A stretch of DNA of 64,000 nt from Octopus sinensis (taxonomy: Eukaryota): contig NC_043024.1 in assembly GCF_006345805.1 (NCBI RefSeq), positions 7,440,001 to 7,504,000 of the forward strand, in the 5' to 3' direction. A model generated the notes under the pieces. That model was not told the DNA's origin. It did not search any database and saw nothing but the letters and a program-made list of their open reading frames with translations. The translations under genes were made by a program, and so were the position numbers. Positions 51,059-64,000 of the stretch are shown piece after piece; the stretch's first letter is position 1; the number at the start of each line of letters is the position of its first letter.

Positions 51059-51383
51059 TCGTGATGTATATTTGCCATTTAAATATGGCTAACACCTAAG
51101 GGTGGGTGCTACTGTAGTTTGTAGCCCCAGGAGGACACCTCCTCCAACTGGCTATAGACACTTTCTGTGCCCTATCAATATTTGCAAAGGGAAGCCATCC
51201 TTCCCGTCTTCAACCTATGATACACACGGACTACGGGAAGGATGGCTTCCCTTTGCAAATACCGATAGGGCACAGAAAGTGTGTCTAAAGCCAGCTGGAG
51301 GAGGTGTCCTCCTGGGGCTACAAGCTACAGTAACATCCACCCTTAGGGGTTAGCCATATTTAAATGGCAAATATACATCACGA
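51059..51383. mobile_element. Fold-back MITE-like palindrome (~150-bp arms, 25-bp spacer)
   Basis: 51059-51207 is the near reverse complement of 51233-51383. Confidence 0.8.
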
Positions 51384-51508
51384 TGTGTTGCAGCTAATGT
51401 TTATAACTCGCCCTGAGATTTATTATTGATAACTTATTTGAATTTTGAATTTTTATAAATATACATATATAATATATATATCATCATCATCATCATGTAT
51501 ATATATAT

Positions 51509-51558
<50 letters not shown>

Positions 51559-51690
51559 CACATATATATATAGGCACGGGAGTGTCTGTGGGGTAAGTAG
51601 CTTGCTTACCAACAACATGGTTTTGGGTTCAACCCCACTGTGTGGCACCTTCAGCAAGTGTCTGCTGCGGTAACCTCATTCTTGTCCCAT

Positions 51691-51747
<57 letters not shown>

Positions 51748-51782
51748 TATATATATAGATATATATATATTATATATATATT

Positions 51783-51823
<41 letters not shown>

Positions 51824-51998
51824 TAATATATATATATATAATAAATATTAGGGAATAAATCCAAATTTACAGGGAAAAAAATCAGATTTAGGATTAAATC
51901 CAATTTTATAGTAAAATATTATAAATATTAATTAGAGACAAAACCACTATTGTTTGTTTGCAAAATAGTGGTTTTGTCTCTAATTAATATTATATATA

Positions 51999-52038
<40 letters not shown>

Positions 52039-52904
52039 ATATATAATATATATATAGTAAAAGCAATTAAGATTCAAGTGAGTTCTATTGAATTCACCTG
52101 AATGCGGTACTTAAATTAGATGCACCAGAAATCTATATGGTATTAACCATAAAATAATGTGGGATGATTATAAACAAGAAAAAAGCAACAAGAATGGATT
52201 AGTTGTTCAGTACAATTGTTTCATACGAAGAACAGCTTTATTAAAAGCTGCAAATATTGCAGCAAATACAAGTGTCCCGTACTCATCAGCCAAAACACAT
52301 ATGAGTTCTCCAAGCATCCTAGGGGGTGAGGCTACACTCATGAAGTATCGAAGGTAGTTCTATAAAAAGCAAATTTAGATTGTAAGCAGACTTCCAAAGT
52401 TCTCTAATGATGCACAGTCTTATAACAGGCTTTAAAAAAGCTTGTTAGCTTCACAGAAAAGGTAAATCCATCCATAATGTAGGTGCAATTACTGGAGATA
52501 TGAGGAGATATTTCATACTCACAGACGATGAATCCATCCATGATTAATCCATAATAAGGTGGGTATAATTTCCTGATATATGATAAGATACTTGTCACAC
52601 TTCTGTTCGTTTCACAAAACTGCTATGTTAGAATTATAATGGTTGAAGGAATTATGTGGAATTATGTGGAGCATATGCTCCACATAAGTGTGACAAGTAT
52701 CTTATTATTACAAAATACAGGCCACTTCTTAACGGGTCACAAACAATTAATACACCTCAGCTTTAGAATAACAGAAATACACATGCAAATATTACATTCC
52801 AAAGAATCCATTACAAATCAGCCCCAATCACAGCTATAATCCATAACGTGCCAACTTCAAGTCATACAACACCTCACTACTTCCACTCATTCATATTCTC
52901 CCTT

Positions 52905-53240
52905 CTCTTTTTTCTTCTTCCTCTTCTTCTTCATCATCATCATTATCATCATTATCGTTGTCATCATCATCACCATCATCATCATCTTCTTCTCCTTCTT
53001 CTTCTTCTTCTTCTTCTTCTTCATCATCATCATCATCATCATCATCAACATCGTCATCTTCTTCTTCGTCTCTTCTTCTTCTTCTTCTTCTTCTTCCTCT
53101 GCTTCTTCTTCTTCTTCTTCTTCTTCTTCTTCTTCTTCTTCTTCCTCTGCTTCTTCTTCTTCTTCTTCTTCTTCTTCTTCTTCCTCTGCTTCTTCTTCTT
53201 CTTCTTCTTCTTCTTCTTCTTCTTCTTCTTCTTCTTCTGC
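52905..53240. repeat. (CAT)n/(CTT)n microsatellite
   Basis: Read directly. Confidence 0.95.
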
Positions 53241-54730
53241 TCCACCTTCTACCTCTTAACGTTATCACTAATGCTTTTTAGTATAACACCTACGCAAATT
53301 CCATAAACAAACCTTTCAATAGAAATATTCTCCTGAATTGAACTGCAACTGCTAGCCTTCACTGACCATTCAAAATACGACAATCAAGGCAATCCCAAAT
53401 TTTTCCACCCCCTCTCCTCATCAACCTTCTTCTTCTTCTACCCTACCAAGAATTTACCTGGAACACACAAGTGCAAACAAGGGAGACAGAGAAAGGCAGA
53501 ATGCCACTTATATTTGAACACTATACAAATATTCCTTTAAAAAAACTTTTCTTTTAATTTTTCTAAATTTAATTATTTAATCGTTACAGTTGAAAAGGTC
53601 TCAAAATGACCGAAACCAGTACTGAAATGTTCTTCATAAAATTATTTTAGCATTTTCTATTTTTGACTTGTTTTTTCATATATATCAACTTGTGTGTTCC
53701 TTTTCACCCTTATACATATGTATATATATATATATATATATATGTTAAATTAGAGATAAAACCACTATTAGGCAAATCTTATATTAAACTTTTAATACTT
53801 TTTGATAGTTATATATATTTAAAAATAAATAAATATATATAAAATAATAACAATAATAATAATAATAATAAAATAATAATAATAATATATATATATAGAT
53901 ATATATATAATATATATTATATATATATATATAATTTTATAAGTATAAATTATTAATTTAAATAATTTTTTTATTTTAACTTTAAATTTAAATAATTTAT
54001 ATTTGAATTTTATATTTTATATTTTTTATTAATTAATTTTTCTCTATGTATTGATTTATGATTTTCACTGTTTGATTTGCTTATTGTGGTTTTATCTCTA
54101 ATTTAATATATATATATTTATACTATAAAATTAGATTTAATCCTAAATCTAATTTTTCCCTGTAAGTTTGGATTTACTCCCTAATATTACACACATTTAT
54201 ATAATTATTTAAACTTTGTGTATACACCTAATATCATTCCGATGAAAACACTTTTACTGTCTACAGCAACCAGCTACAGACAAATAATGACATGCATTAT
54301 AACAGAATCAGGTAAAACTAAATTTATTGAGTGAGGTACTTTTTGAAAAATAACCTGAGAAGGCACATCTTCACCATAAGATGCACCCCACCGGTTGTCC
54401 AAAATCTCACCCATGAGGTGTCTCTGTCTGTCTGTAGGTGTCTCTGTCTGTCTGTCTATCTATTTATCTATCTATCTATCTATCTTGACAACCGATGCTG
54501 GTGTGTTTACGTCCCCATCACTTAGTGGTTTGTCAAAAGAGACCGATCGAATAAGTACTGGGCTTACAAAGACTAAGTCCCGGGGTCAATTTGCTCGACT
54601 AAAGGCAGTGCTCTAGCATGGCCGCAGTCAAATGACTGAAACAAGTAAAAGAGTAAAAGAGAGAGTAAAAGTTATATGTATGCATAGATACATAGACATA
54701 AATACATACATTCATACATACATATATACA

Positions 54731-54805
<75 letters not shown>

Positions 54806-55184
54806 CATACACACATATATATAGATACTTGGAAATGGATGCATGTCGTTTTAATTAAAAATAATTAGAAAATAATATATAGTATATATACATACAGACA
54901 TACATACACACACACACACCAATGCAAGAAGGTTCAAAACAGTCATTGAGATTAATAAAGAATTTCGTGAATTCTATTTTCTGTTTCTCTCATTTGTTAT
55001 ATATGTGTGTGTGTGTGTGTGTATATCATCATCATCATCATCATCATCGTTTAACGTCTGCTTTCCATGTTAGCATGGGTTGGACGGTTCGACCGGGGTC
55101 TGGGAAGCCAGGAGGCTGCACCAGGCCCATTCTGATCTGGCAGTGTTTCTACACCTTGATGCCCTTCCTAACACCAGCGTCGGC

Positions 55185-55455
55185 TGCGGGGTCACTCTGA
55201 AAAGCTCTATCTGCGACGATTTCATCTCAATCGAAGGAGAGGGGCTTTCTCCGTCCGGGTTGCGGATCCGTGGAATAAGCTGCCGGATGAGATAGTGAAG
55301 ATGCCGACGACCGCTTGGTTCAAAGTATCCCTTGACCAGAAATGGCCTGAACTCCTTGCATGAACACCACCCTGTACATAACTCCATGTCCCCCTACATG
55401 GCCTTGCTTTTTGCTTTTTGAGCCAAAAAATTAACTTAATTAACTTAACTTAACT
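55185..55455 (-). mobile_element. CR1 3' fragment inserted into SINE C
   Basis: Same CR1 tail; SINE C sequence resumes on both sides. Confidence 0.75.
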
Positions 55456-57121
55456 CCATGAGTGTAGTGAGTGCTTTTTACATGTCACTGGCACAGGTGC
55501 CACATGAGGCTGGCAACGCCCATGATCGGATGGTTCTTTTACGTGCCACTGGCACTGGTATCACAACTACAATTTCCATTGATTTTTGATCGATTTCAAT
55601 TTCACTTGCCCCAACAGGTCTTCATATATATATATACTCTTTACACTTTTACTCTTTTACTTGTTTCAGTCATTTGACTGTGGCCATGCTGGAGCACCAC
55701 CTTTAGTCAAGCAAATCGACCCCAGGAATTATTGTTTGTAAGCCCAGTACTCAGAATATAAAGACAGATGAAATGCCACTAAGTGTGCTAACAATTCTGC
55801 CAGCTCACTGCCTTACCTGAGTGAAACTATATATGCACCCTGCTCACTCTGTGGAGTGGTTGGCATTAGGAAGGGCATCCAGCCATAAAAACTATGCCAA
55901 AATAGGCGCAGGAGTGGCTGTGTGGTAAGTAGCTTGCTAACCAACCACATGGTTCCGGGTTCAGTCCCACTGCATGGCATCTTGGGTAAGTGTCTTCTGC
56001 TATAGCCCCGGGCCGACCAATGCCTTGTGAGTGGATTTGGTAGACGGAAACTGAAAGAAGCCTGTCGTATATATGTATATATATATGTATGTGTGTGTGT
56101 GTGTGTTTGTGTGTCTGTGTTTGTCCCTCTAGCATTGCTTGACAACCGATGCTGGTGTGTTTACGTCCCCAGCACTTAGCGGTTCGGCAAAAGAGACCGA
56201 GATAGAATAAGTACTGGGCTTACAAAGAATAAGTCCCGGGGTCGAGTTGCTCGATTAAAGGTGGTGCTTCAGCATGGCCGCAGTCAAATGACTGAAACAA
56301 GTAAAAGAGAGTAAAAGAGAGTAAAGAGAGAGTGGAGGTTGGTGCAGTCATGTGGCGTACTAGCTCAGGTCAACCTGTCCAACACATGCCAGCATGGAAA
56401 ACGGATGTTAAATGATGATGATGATGAAGATGATGATGATGTGTGCATGGGGTGGTTCTGCTTGTTCCCCCACCAGTGGTTGACAACCAGTGTTGCTTTG
56501 TTTATTTTCCTTAACTCAGCAGTTTGGCAAAAGAGACTAATAAGTACTGAGAGCGATTTCTTCACTTAAATCCTTCAAAACAGCATCCAAGAGCTCAGAT
56601 AATGACATGGCAAGCACAAAGGGAAAGGAGAAGGCTATGGGTTGATCCCAAAGAATCTGGGGAAAATTTGGTGGCAACAGTGCTGTGCTGCCGGTTAATG
56701 CTGGAGAGAGAAATATGAGTTGCTGTCGGTGGAATTATCATCTCCTGCTGACAACTGATGGAGAGAGGTCTTGGAGTGGAAGCTGCATATAAATATGGTA
56801 TATATATATATGTAGGTGTCTCTGTCTGTCTGTCTATCTATTTATCTATCTATCTATCTATCTTGACAACCGATGCTGGTGTGTTTACGTCCCCATCACT
56901 TAGTGGTTTGTCAAAAGAGACCGATCGAATAAGTACTGGGCTTACAAAGACTAAGTCCCGGGGTCAATTTGCTCGACTAAAGGCAGTGCTCTAGCATCCG
57001 CAGTCAAATGACTGAAACAAGTAAAGAGTAAAAGAGAAAGTAAAAGTTATATGTATGCATAGAAGATACATAGACATAAATACATACATTCATACATACA
57101 TATATACATTATTTTATATAT

Positions 57122-57208
<87 letters not shown>

Positions 57209-57300
57209 CATACACAATATATATATATATACTTGGAAATGGATGTATGTCGTTTAATTAAAAATAATTAGAAAATAATATATAGTATATATACATACAG

Positions 57301-57336
<36 letters not shown>

Positions 57337-57694
57337 CACACACATATAGTGAGAATTTATAAAAAAACAAAAGACGAAGATGGGTGTGTAAACAACAAAC
57401 AGATGTTTAATGCTCGGGAAATTAGAAAGTCTTCTATGTTTCGAGCCTATGCTCTTTGGCAGAAAGGAACACAGAAATAAACAGGGAGATATGTATGTGC
57501 ATTTTTTTGATGTGTACAAATAACACAGAAAAGAAAAAATAAATAGTTACCAGGGTAGCAAAAAATTCACATGAGTACCAAAGATGTTACAGCCTACTTA
57601 TAAAGGTAGAAATTCCAGGATTTAGTGAAATGTTTTTGTATTACAGATACATAAAGAAATGGAGTTAAACACAAGTGTTATTCAAATCTTTATA

Positions 57695-57782
57695 CTTCCA
57701 ACACGTGTTTTGAAGAAAACATTGGTATTATTCCAGTGGGAATAAAATGATGTAAAACAATGTGATCTTCTCATCAGGGGAA
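57695..57782 (-). ncRNA. Degenerate type I HHR with extended stem II
   Basis: TTCCC-CTGATGA-GAAGAtcACATTG...CAATGTttTCTTC-AAAAC-ACGT-GTT-GGAAG (G12A change). Confidence 0.45.
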
Positions 57783-58119
57783 CAAAAAAGAGAAACAAAG
57801 CACATCAGCTAACCATTTTAACCGAATGTGAATAACATTTGTGTTTAACTCCATTTCTTTATATATATATATTTTTTCTCTCTCCTTGTTTCTTTTCTGT
57901 GTATCTTTCTGTTGAAGAGCGTAGGCTCGAAACGTAAAAGACTTGTTTTATTTCTATTCCTGAGTGCCATACTAATAAATTGTTTGTTTGTACTCCACCT
58001 GCCTTCGTCTTTTGTTTATTTTCGTAAACCTGCCTTCGTCTTTTGTTTATTTTCGTAAACCGTCCCGTTATATATATATTATATATATATATATTATATA
58101 TATATATATCTATATAAAT

Positions 58120-58536
58120 AAACAACAAGGATATCCATAGGTAATGCAGTACATAGTTTCATGCAACTCCATTTAATTGAACAATGCAATCATTACATTA
58201 ATTTAAAATGTAGAGCAATCTTCAGCTGCACACAGACATAGAATTTAATTAAATTAGAACAGATGGACACATTAGTATAATTATGCCTAAAATCTCCAAG
58301 AAGTTAAGGAGATAGACAAAGAACATGTCTCTACTTCAGCATAGAAGTTACTTCTTGGTGATTTTAGGTATAATTACACTAATGTGTCCTTCTGTTCTAA
58401 TTTAATTAAATTCTATGTCTTTGTGCAGCTGAGGATTGCTCTGCATTTTAAATTGATGTAATTATTGCATTGTTCAATTAAATGGAGTTGCATGAAACGA
58501 TCGTGCTGCATTACCTCTGGATATCCTTGCTGCTTA
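58120..58536. mobile_element. Fold-back MITE-like element (~185-bp arms)
   Basis: 58120-58305 pairs with 58350-58536. Confidence 0.75.
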
Positions 58537-58765
58537 TTTTGATTTTAATCACCTTACTTTAAAATTGTATGGATAATTCCGTACTAAATTCTGGTGCCTC
58601 AACCCAAGTACCATATTCATCTGAATATCTGAATCTAAATTTTTGCTGAACTCATCTACCATACCCAAAGTATATATATATATATATATAGTATGTGACC
58701 TCGTCTGTACCACTAGCGATTTTTTTTCCCCTGTCTTCCCTTCTCGGGATCTTTCCTTCTCCTAT

Positions 58766-58800
58766 GTTTCCGACGAAGAGCTCCGCTCGAAACGTCAAAC
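58766..58800 (+). ncRNA. Minimal type I HHR-like motif (CCGACGA core)
   Basis: GTTT-CCGACGA-A-GAGC(tcc)GCTC-GAAAC-GTC-AAAC; relatives at 37124-37158 (+) and 42813-42847 (-). Confidence 0.55.
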
Positions 58801-59126
58801 CCTCCTTCTTCCCTTCGTTCCTGAGCGTCCAATAATACTTTATTTGTTCCATGTCCTTGCGTTGTTGTTTTTTTGTTTTTGTTTTCTTGTTTGGATTAAC
58901 TTTATATATATATTTATATATAAGTTCAGCAAAAATTTAGATTCAAATGAATATGGTACTTAATTTAGATGCACCAGAATTTTGTATGGTGTTATCCATA
59001 AAAATTCGTTGGGTGATTATAATCAAAATAAGCAACAAGAATGACCGGTAATTTGGTACGATCGTTTTCGTACTACATCATTTCAAATCAATTTTTCAAA
59101 TTAATTTTTGTATTAATGGAAAACCT

Positions 59127-59226
59127 NNNNNNNNNNNNNNNNNNNNNNNNNNNNNNNNNNNNNNNNNNNNNNNNNNNNNNNNNNNNNNNNNNNNNNNNNN
59201 NNNNNNNNNNNNNNNNNNNNNNNNNN
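59127..59226. other. Assembly gap (100 N)
   Basis: Run of N. Confidence 1.
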
Positions 59227-59666
59227 AGAGAGAGTAAAGGGAAGATATGGAGAGAGTTTATATGAAAGGTTGAAGCTGATAAAGGAACATTGAAATTGAC
59301 AAATAGTGGTAAGGGGATGGTGGAAATGATAAGAGTTGATAGAAGGCCAATACATCACACACACATACACGCACATAGACGCACACACAGAGAGACAGGC
59401 AGACAGACACACACACACGTGGAACAGTTTTAGATAAATAGAACGTTAAGCTTGACAAACAGCAGATAGGGAAGGTAGAGAAGCAGCTGTGTGTGTCTGC
59501 GCGCACATATATGTGCGTCTGTGCATACATCGCGTGAGGGATCGATGCTAGATGTATCGAAACAATTGTAGGAATTAATAAAATATTTTCCATCTTCCGT
59601 CTCTCATTAACCATATATGTATATATATATATGTGTTGTATTTAATATATATATACGTCATATATA

Positions 59667-59733
<67 letters not shown>

Positions 59734-59769
59734 ATATATACATATATATATATATTATATGTATATATG

Positions 59770-59815
<46 letters not shown>

Positions 59816-60286
59816 CGCCATGATAGATCGTTAGCTCTTACACGCATTTTTTTTTCTCTCCTTGTTTTTTTTCTGCGTATCTTTCTGTCGAAGAGCATAG
59901 GCTCGAAACATAAAAGACTTTTTTCTATTCCTGAGCGCTATACTAATACATTTGCTTGTTTGTACACCACCTGCCTTCGTCTTTTGTTTATTTTCGTAAA
60001 CTTTCCCTTTATATATATATATATATATATATGAACGCCTTTCTTCATGTCATCGGTTTGAAAAATTGTTAGGACGCTAGAATATTTTCCCACTTTTCTT
60101 AGCATGCAACCAATGGTAGCCTTAATTCATAAATTAAATCCACCAATCCACTGTTAAGCACTCATTTTCATCATTTGACATTTACACACACACACACGCA
60201 CACAACACACACACACACACTATACGTCTATATACACACACATGCATATATACATACACACATATATATGTTCCTGACTCTGTGTA

Positions 60287-60336
<50 letters not shown>

Positions 60337-60367
60337 GGATATATAATATTCACATAATATATATATA

Positions 60368-60663
60368 CTAGCAGTATCGCCCGGCGTTTCTCAGGTTTGT
60401 AAGGGAAATAACTATATAAGCATTTTTAGAGAGTTACTTCCATTATATAACCCGAGCAAAAATCATTAAAAATGCGGAAAAATGATGGTAATTTTTTTTT
60501 AAATCATAGACTCATCGTAGACGCGCACTAATACCCAGGAGGGCTCGATATGAATGACGACTATAAGATACCCACTTTTGGTTAAACTGCACCGCAAAAT
60601 GTGGGAGTAGTTAGGAATCTAAATCGTAGGAGACAGACACAACTTGACTTTTATATATAAAGA
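60368..60663 (-). mobile_element. Helitron-like element (same family as 2624)
   Basis: Reverse complement with TC and CTAG ends. Confidence 0.8.
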
Positions 60664-60748
60664 TATCCTAGAAACAGCTGTAAGACCTATCTATAAATGC
60701 TCTAATATTTATACAGCCTCACACACACAACTTCAATTTTATATTTAA

Positions 60749-60798
<50 letters not shown>

Positions 60799-61874
60799 AT
60801 ATATTTCATTTCATCTGGTTTCAGCTCACAAGCTGTGGTCATGCTGGGGCATCGCCATTAGTAGACATATATATATGTATATATATGTATGTATGTATGT
60901 ATACAATATTTTATATTGATAGTGAGGTAGCAAGCTGGCAAAATCGTTTCCATGCCAGACAAAATGCTTAGCGGCATCTTGTCTGTCTTTACGTTCTGAG
61001 TTCAAATTTGTCCGAGGTCGACTTTGTCTTTTGTCCTTCCGGGATTGATAAAATAAGTGCCACTGTAATCGACCTGGCCCTGCCCCCTGTTCTAAAATTG
61101 CTGATCTTGTGCCAAAATTTGAAATCAATATTGATAGTGAGTGTTTACCCATGGTGGCTAAAATATACTACCAAAGTTACTACTCATGGCAAAAACGCTA
61201 TATCGTGTGTGTGTGTGTAAACAAATCCAGAGTAAATTCTCGTGGCTGTGTGGTAAGTAGCTTGCTAACCAACCACATGGTTACGGGTTCAGTCCCACTG
61301 CGTGGCATCTTGGGCAAGTGTCTTCTGCTATAGCCCCGGGCCGACCAATGCCTTGTGAGTGGATTTGGTAGACGGAAACTGAAAGAAGTCTGTCGTATAT
61401 ATGTATATATATATATGTATGTGTGTGCTTGTGTGTCTGTGTTTGTCCCCCTAGCATTGCTTGACAACCGATGCTGGTGTGTTTACGTCCCCGTCACTTA
61501 GCGGTTCGGCAAAAGAGAACCGATAGAATAAGTACTGGGCTTACAAAGAATAAGTCCCGGGGTCGATTTGCTCGACTAAAGGCGGTGCTCCAGCATGGCC
61601 GCAGTCAAATGACTGAAACAAGTAAAAGAGTAAAAGAGTAAAAGAGAGAGAGAGAGTAAATCTGGGTATTTTGTTCAAACAAAATTTCTTATGTCACGTA
61701 TGTAATTATGCATCACTAAATGCACACACACACACTTTGTCTCTCTTTCCCCCAAAATAGGTCAGGTAATTTATTAGTATAGTAAACTATTTCGGATCAA
61801 GTAATAAACCAGAAATCTAGTGTAAACAACCAAGTGGTTGTTTACACTAGATTACTTTAGATAAAAATGTGTAT

Positions 61875-61905
<31 letters not shown>

Positions 61906-62528
61906 AAATATATAGTAGTCAGAGGGACTTAGGTTCTGATAAACGTTTTTATTTCGCTCTATGACTAAAGGTAGGTGTGGTTGTGTGGTTAAGAAGATCA
62001 TATTGCAACTACGTGTCTCCTGGTTCAGGTTTCGGTATAGCCACCATTGTGTAGCTCCTTGGGCAAGTGTTATCAGATATGGCCAATCAATACCTTGTGA
62101 GTGGTGAGTGGATTGGGTAGAGGGAAGGTGTGTACGTCCTTTATATGTATATATATAAATCAAAATCGTAATTGATCAACATCAATGGAATTTGTAGCTG
62201 TGATACCAGTGCCAGTGGCATGTAAGAGAACCATCAGAATGTGGTTGCAGCCAGCGCCGACCTGACTGGCCTCGTGCCAGTGGCACGTAAAAAGCACCAT
62301 CCGCTCGTGGCAGTTGCCAGCCCCGTCTGGCACCTGTGCAGGTGGCACGTAAAAGGCACCCACTACACTCTCGGAGTGGTTGGCGTTAGGAAGGGCATCC
62401 AGCTGTAGAAACACTGCCAGATCTGACTGGAGCCTGGTGCAGCCTCCTGGCTTCCCAGACCCCGGTCGAACCGTCCAACCCATGCTAGCATGGAGAACGG
62501 ACGTTAAACGATGATGATGATGATGATG

Positions 62529-62571
<43 letters not shown>

Positions 62572-62774
62572 TATTGATATCTCGTAAACTCCTACACGCA
62601 TCTTTTTCTCTCCTTGTTTTTTTTCTGTGTATCCTTCTGTCGAAGAGCGTAGGCTCGAAACGTAAAAGACTTTTTCTATTTCTATTCCTGAGCACCATAC
62701 TAATACATTTGTTTGTTTGTACTCCACCTGCCTTCGTCTTTTGTTTATTTTCGGAAACCTTCCTGTTATATATG

Positions 62775-62806
<32 letters not shown>

Positions 62807-63285
62807 ATATACATATGTATATGTTTTTAAAACTTTTTTCAAATGAGAAAACATGACCAATCAGTCAATTAATCAATCAATCAATAATTATCAAAAACTT
62901 TACTGAAAAAAAATACAATAAAAACATCAAAAAGTTTGAAAAATCACAACAGTTAATATTATGTATTTTATTCTTATAATTTTAAATTACAGAGTAAAAA
63001 AAATGCTCATCAATTTTATATATTTTTTTAAATTTAAAATTTTCAGTATCTGAATTAATAAAAATGTTTTTTTTTTTTTTAATTGTCCTCACCTCCACCA
63101 TATTCTACTATATAGTTCTGTATTATCATTTTCCTTTTTCTTTTTTTTTTTTTTTGAAACATGAAAAATTAAAATAAACTTTAAAACAAAATATTCTTTA
63201 AAAGGAATGTGGAGTGAAAATGAATGTTGTATCATGGCTCTAAAAATATATATATATATACATATATATCATGTACATCATCATA

Positions 63286-63319
<34 letters not shown>

Positions 63320-63822
63320 TACACATATATGTTGTTATTACTCTTCTTCTTCTTCTGATTATTATTATTGAGTGAGAGAGCAATGCATGCCATCAAAGTG
63401 ACACTGCGGTAAAATATATGAAGCCCATCATGACTACCCATCTGATAAGGGTACACCAGGCACATGCATCACAACAATATGTGCGTGACATGGTGATCTC
63501 ATATCGAGATAAACAGTGCATGACCTTGCAGGTGGGGGCCCAGTTAGAATTTTCTTCTGGCCGAGTAACCCATCCTGCTCAAAAGGTCCCTGAATAAGGG
63601 TTGTTTAAGGATGTTGAACAAACCACCCATGTTTCCAAAGGTGAATTATCCAAATCTCTAAGAATCCCTCTCAACACACGGCTATGATGCTCCCCCACTA
63701 CTTCTGCTCGTGATCAGAGATGCACATATCGTCAGCCACTAAGGAACATAATCAACTGGTTAAGGTCAAACAACTGACAAGCAAATCTGTGGTATTGAGC
63801 AGAATATTTGCTGTAGCCCATC

Positions 63823-63857
<35 letters not shown>

Positions 63858-64000
63858 GCAAGACTGGTATGGCTGAATGGACTTAATCTGTTTAGGCTTT
63901 CATAAGTAGGAGAAAAGAAACTGAAATATGGCACTTACTAAGTCTTGGAGACAGACCACAATAATCTAGGACATTTCACGTGGAACTTTCCCTCAAATTA

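Noticed and set aside
52157-52839. Short ORFs in a unique-looking region
   Set aside because: No recognisable domain and no exon-like splice pairs; possibly decayed TE sequence.

Overview
Repeat-dense, AT-rich animal genomic DNA. It is most likely a coleoid cephalopod (Octopus-like); this is inferred from the SINE families and microsatellite load, not from a search. There is a 100-N gap at 59127-59226. One host gene is supported on the + strand: a secreted Reeler-domain protein with a Pro/Gln/His-rich tail (6 coding exons, 4534-31910, about 373 aa, splice phases consistent). The rest is SINEs, RTE/CR1/RLE-type LINE fragments, non-autonomous Helitrons, mariner/Tc1/pogo remnants, fold-back MITEs and a Penelope-like element (PLE; RT plus GIY-YIG, inverted pLTRs). 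The most striking feature is in intron 1: a 6.65-kb array of about 13.6 near-identical ~490-bp units. Each complete unit carries a type I hammerhead ribozyme (HHR) fold with an unusually long stem II, and the array flips orientation at ~15710 (9 HHRs on the minus strand, 4 on the plus strand). A diverged relative at 1680-1778 shows compensatory changes in all three stems. Several other minimal or degenerate HHR families are scattered through the window, mostly in (TA)n-flanked fold-back elements. All structures were folded by eye. Repeat boundaries are approximate to a few nt.
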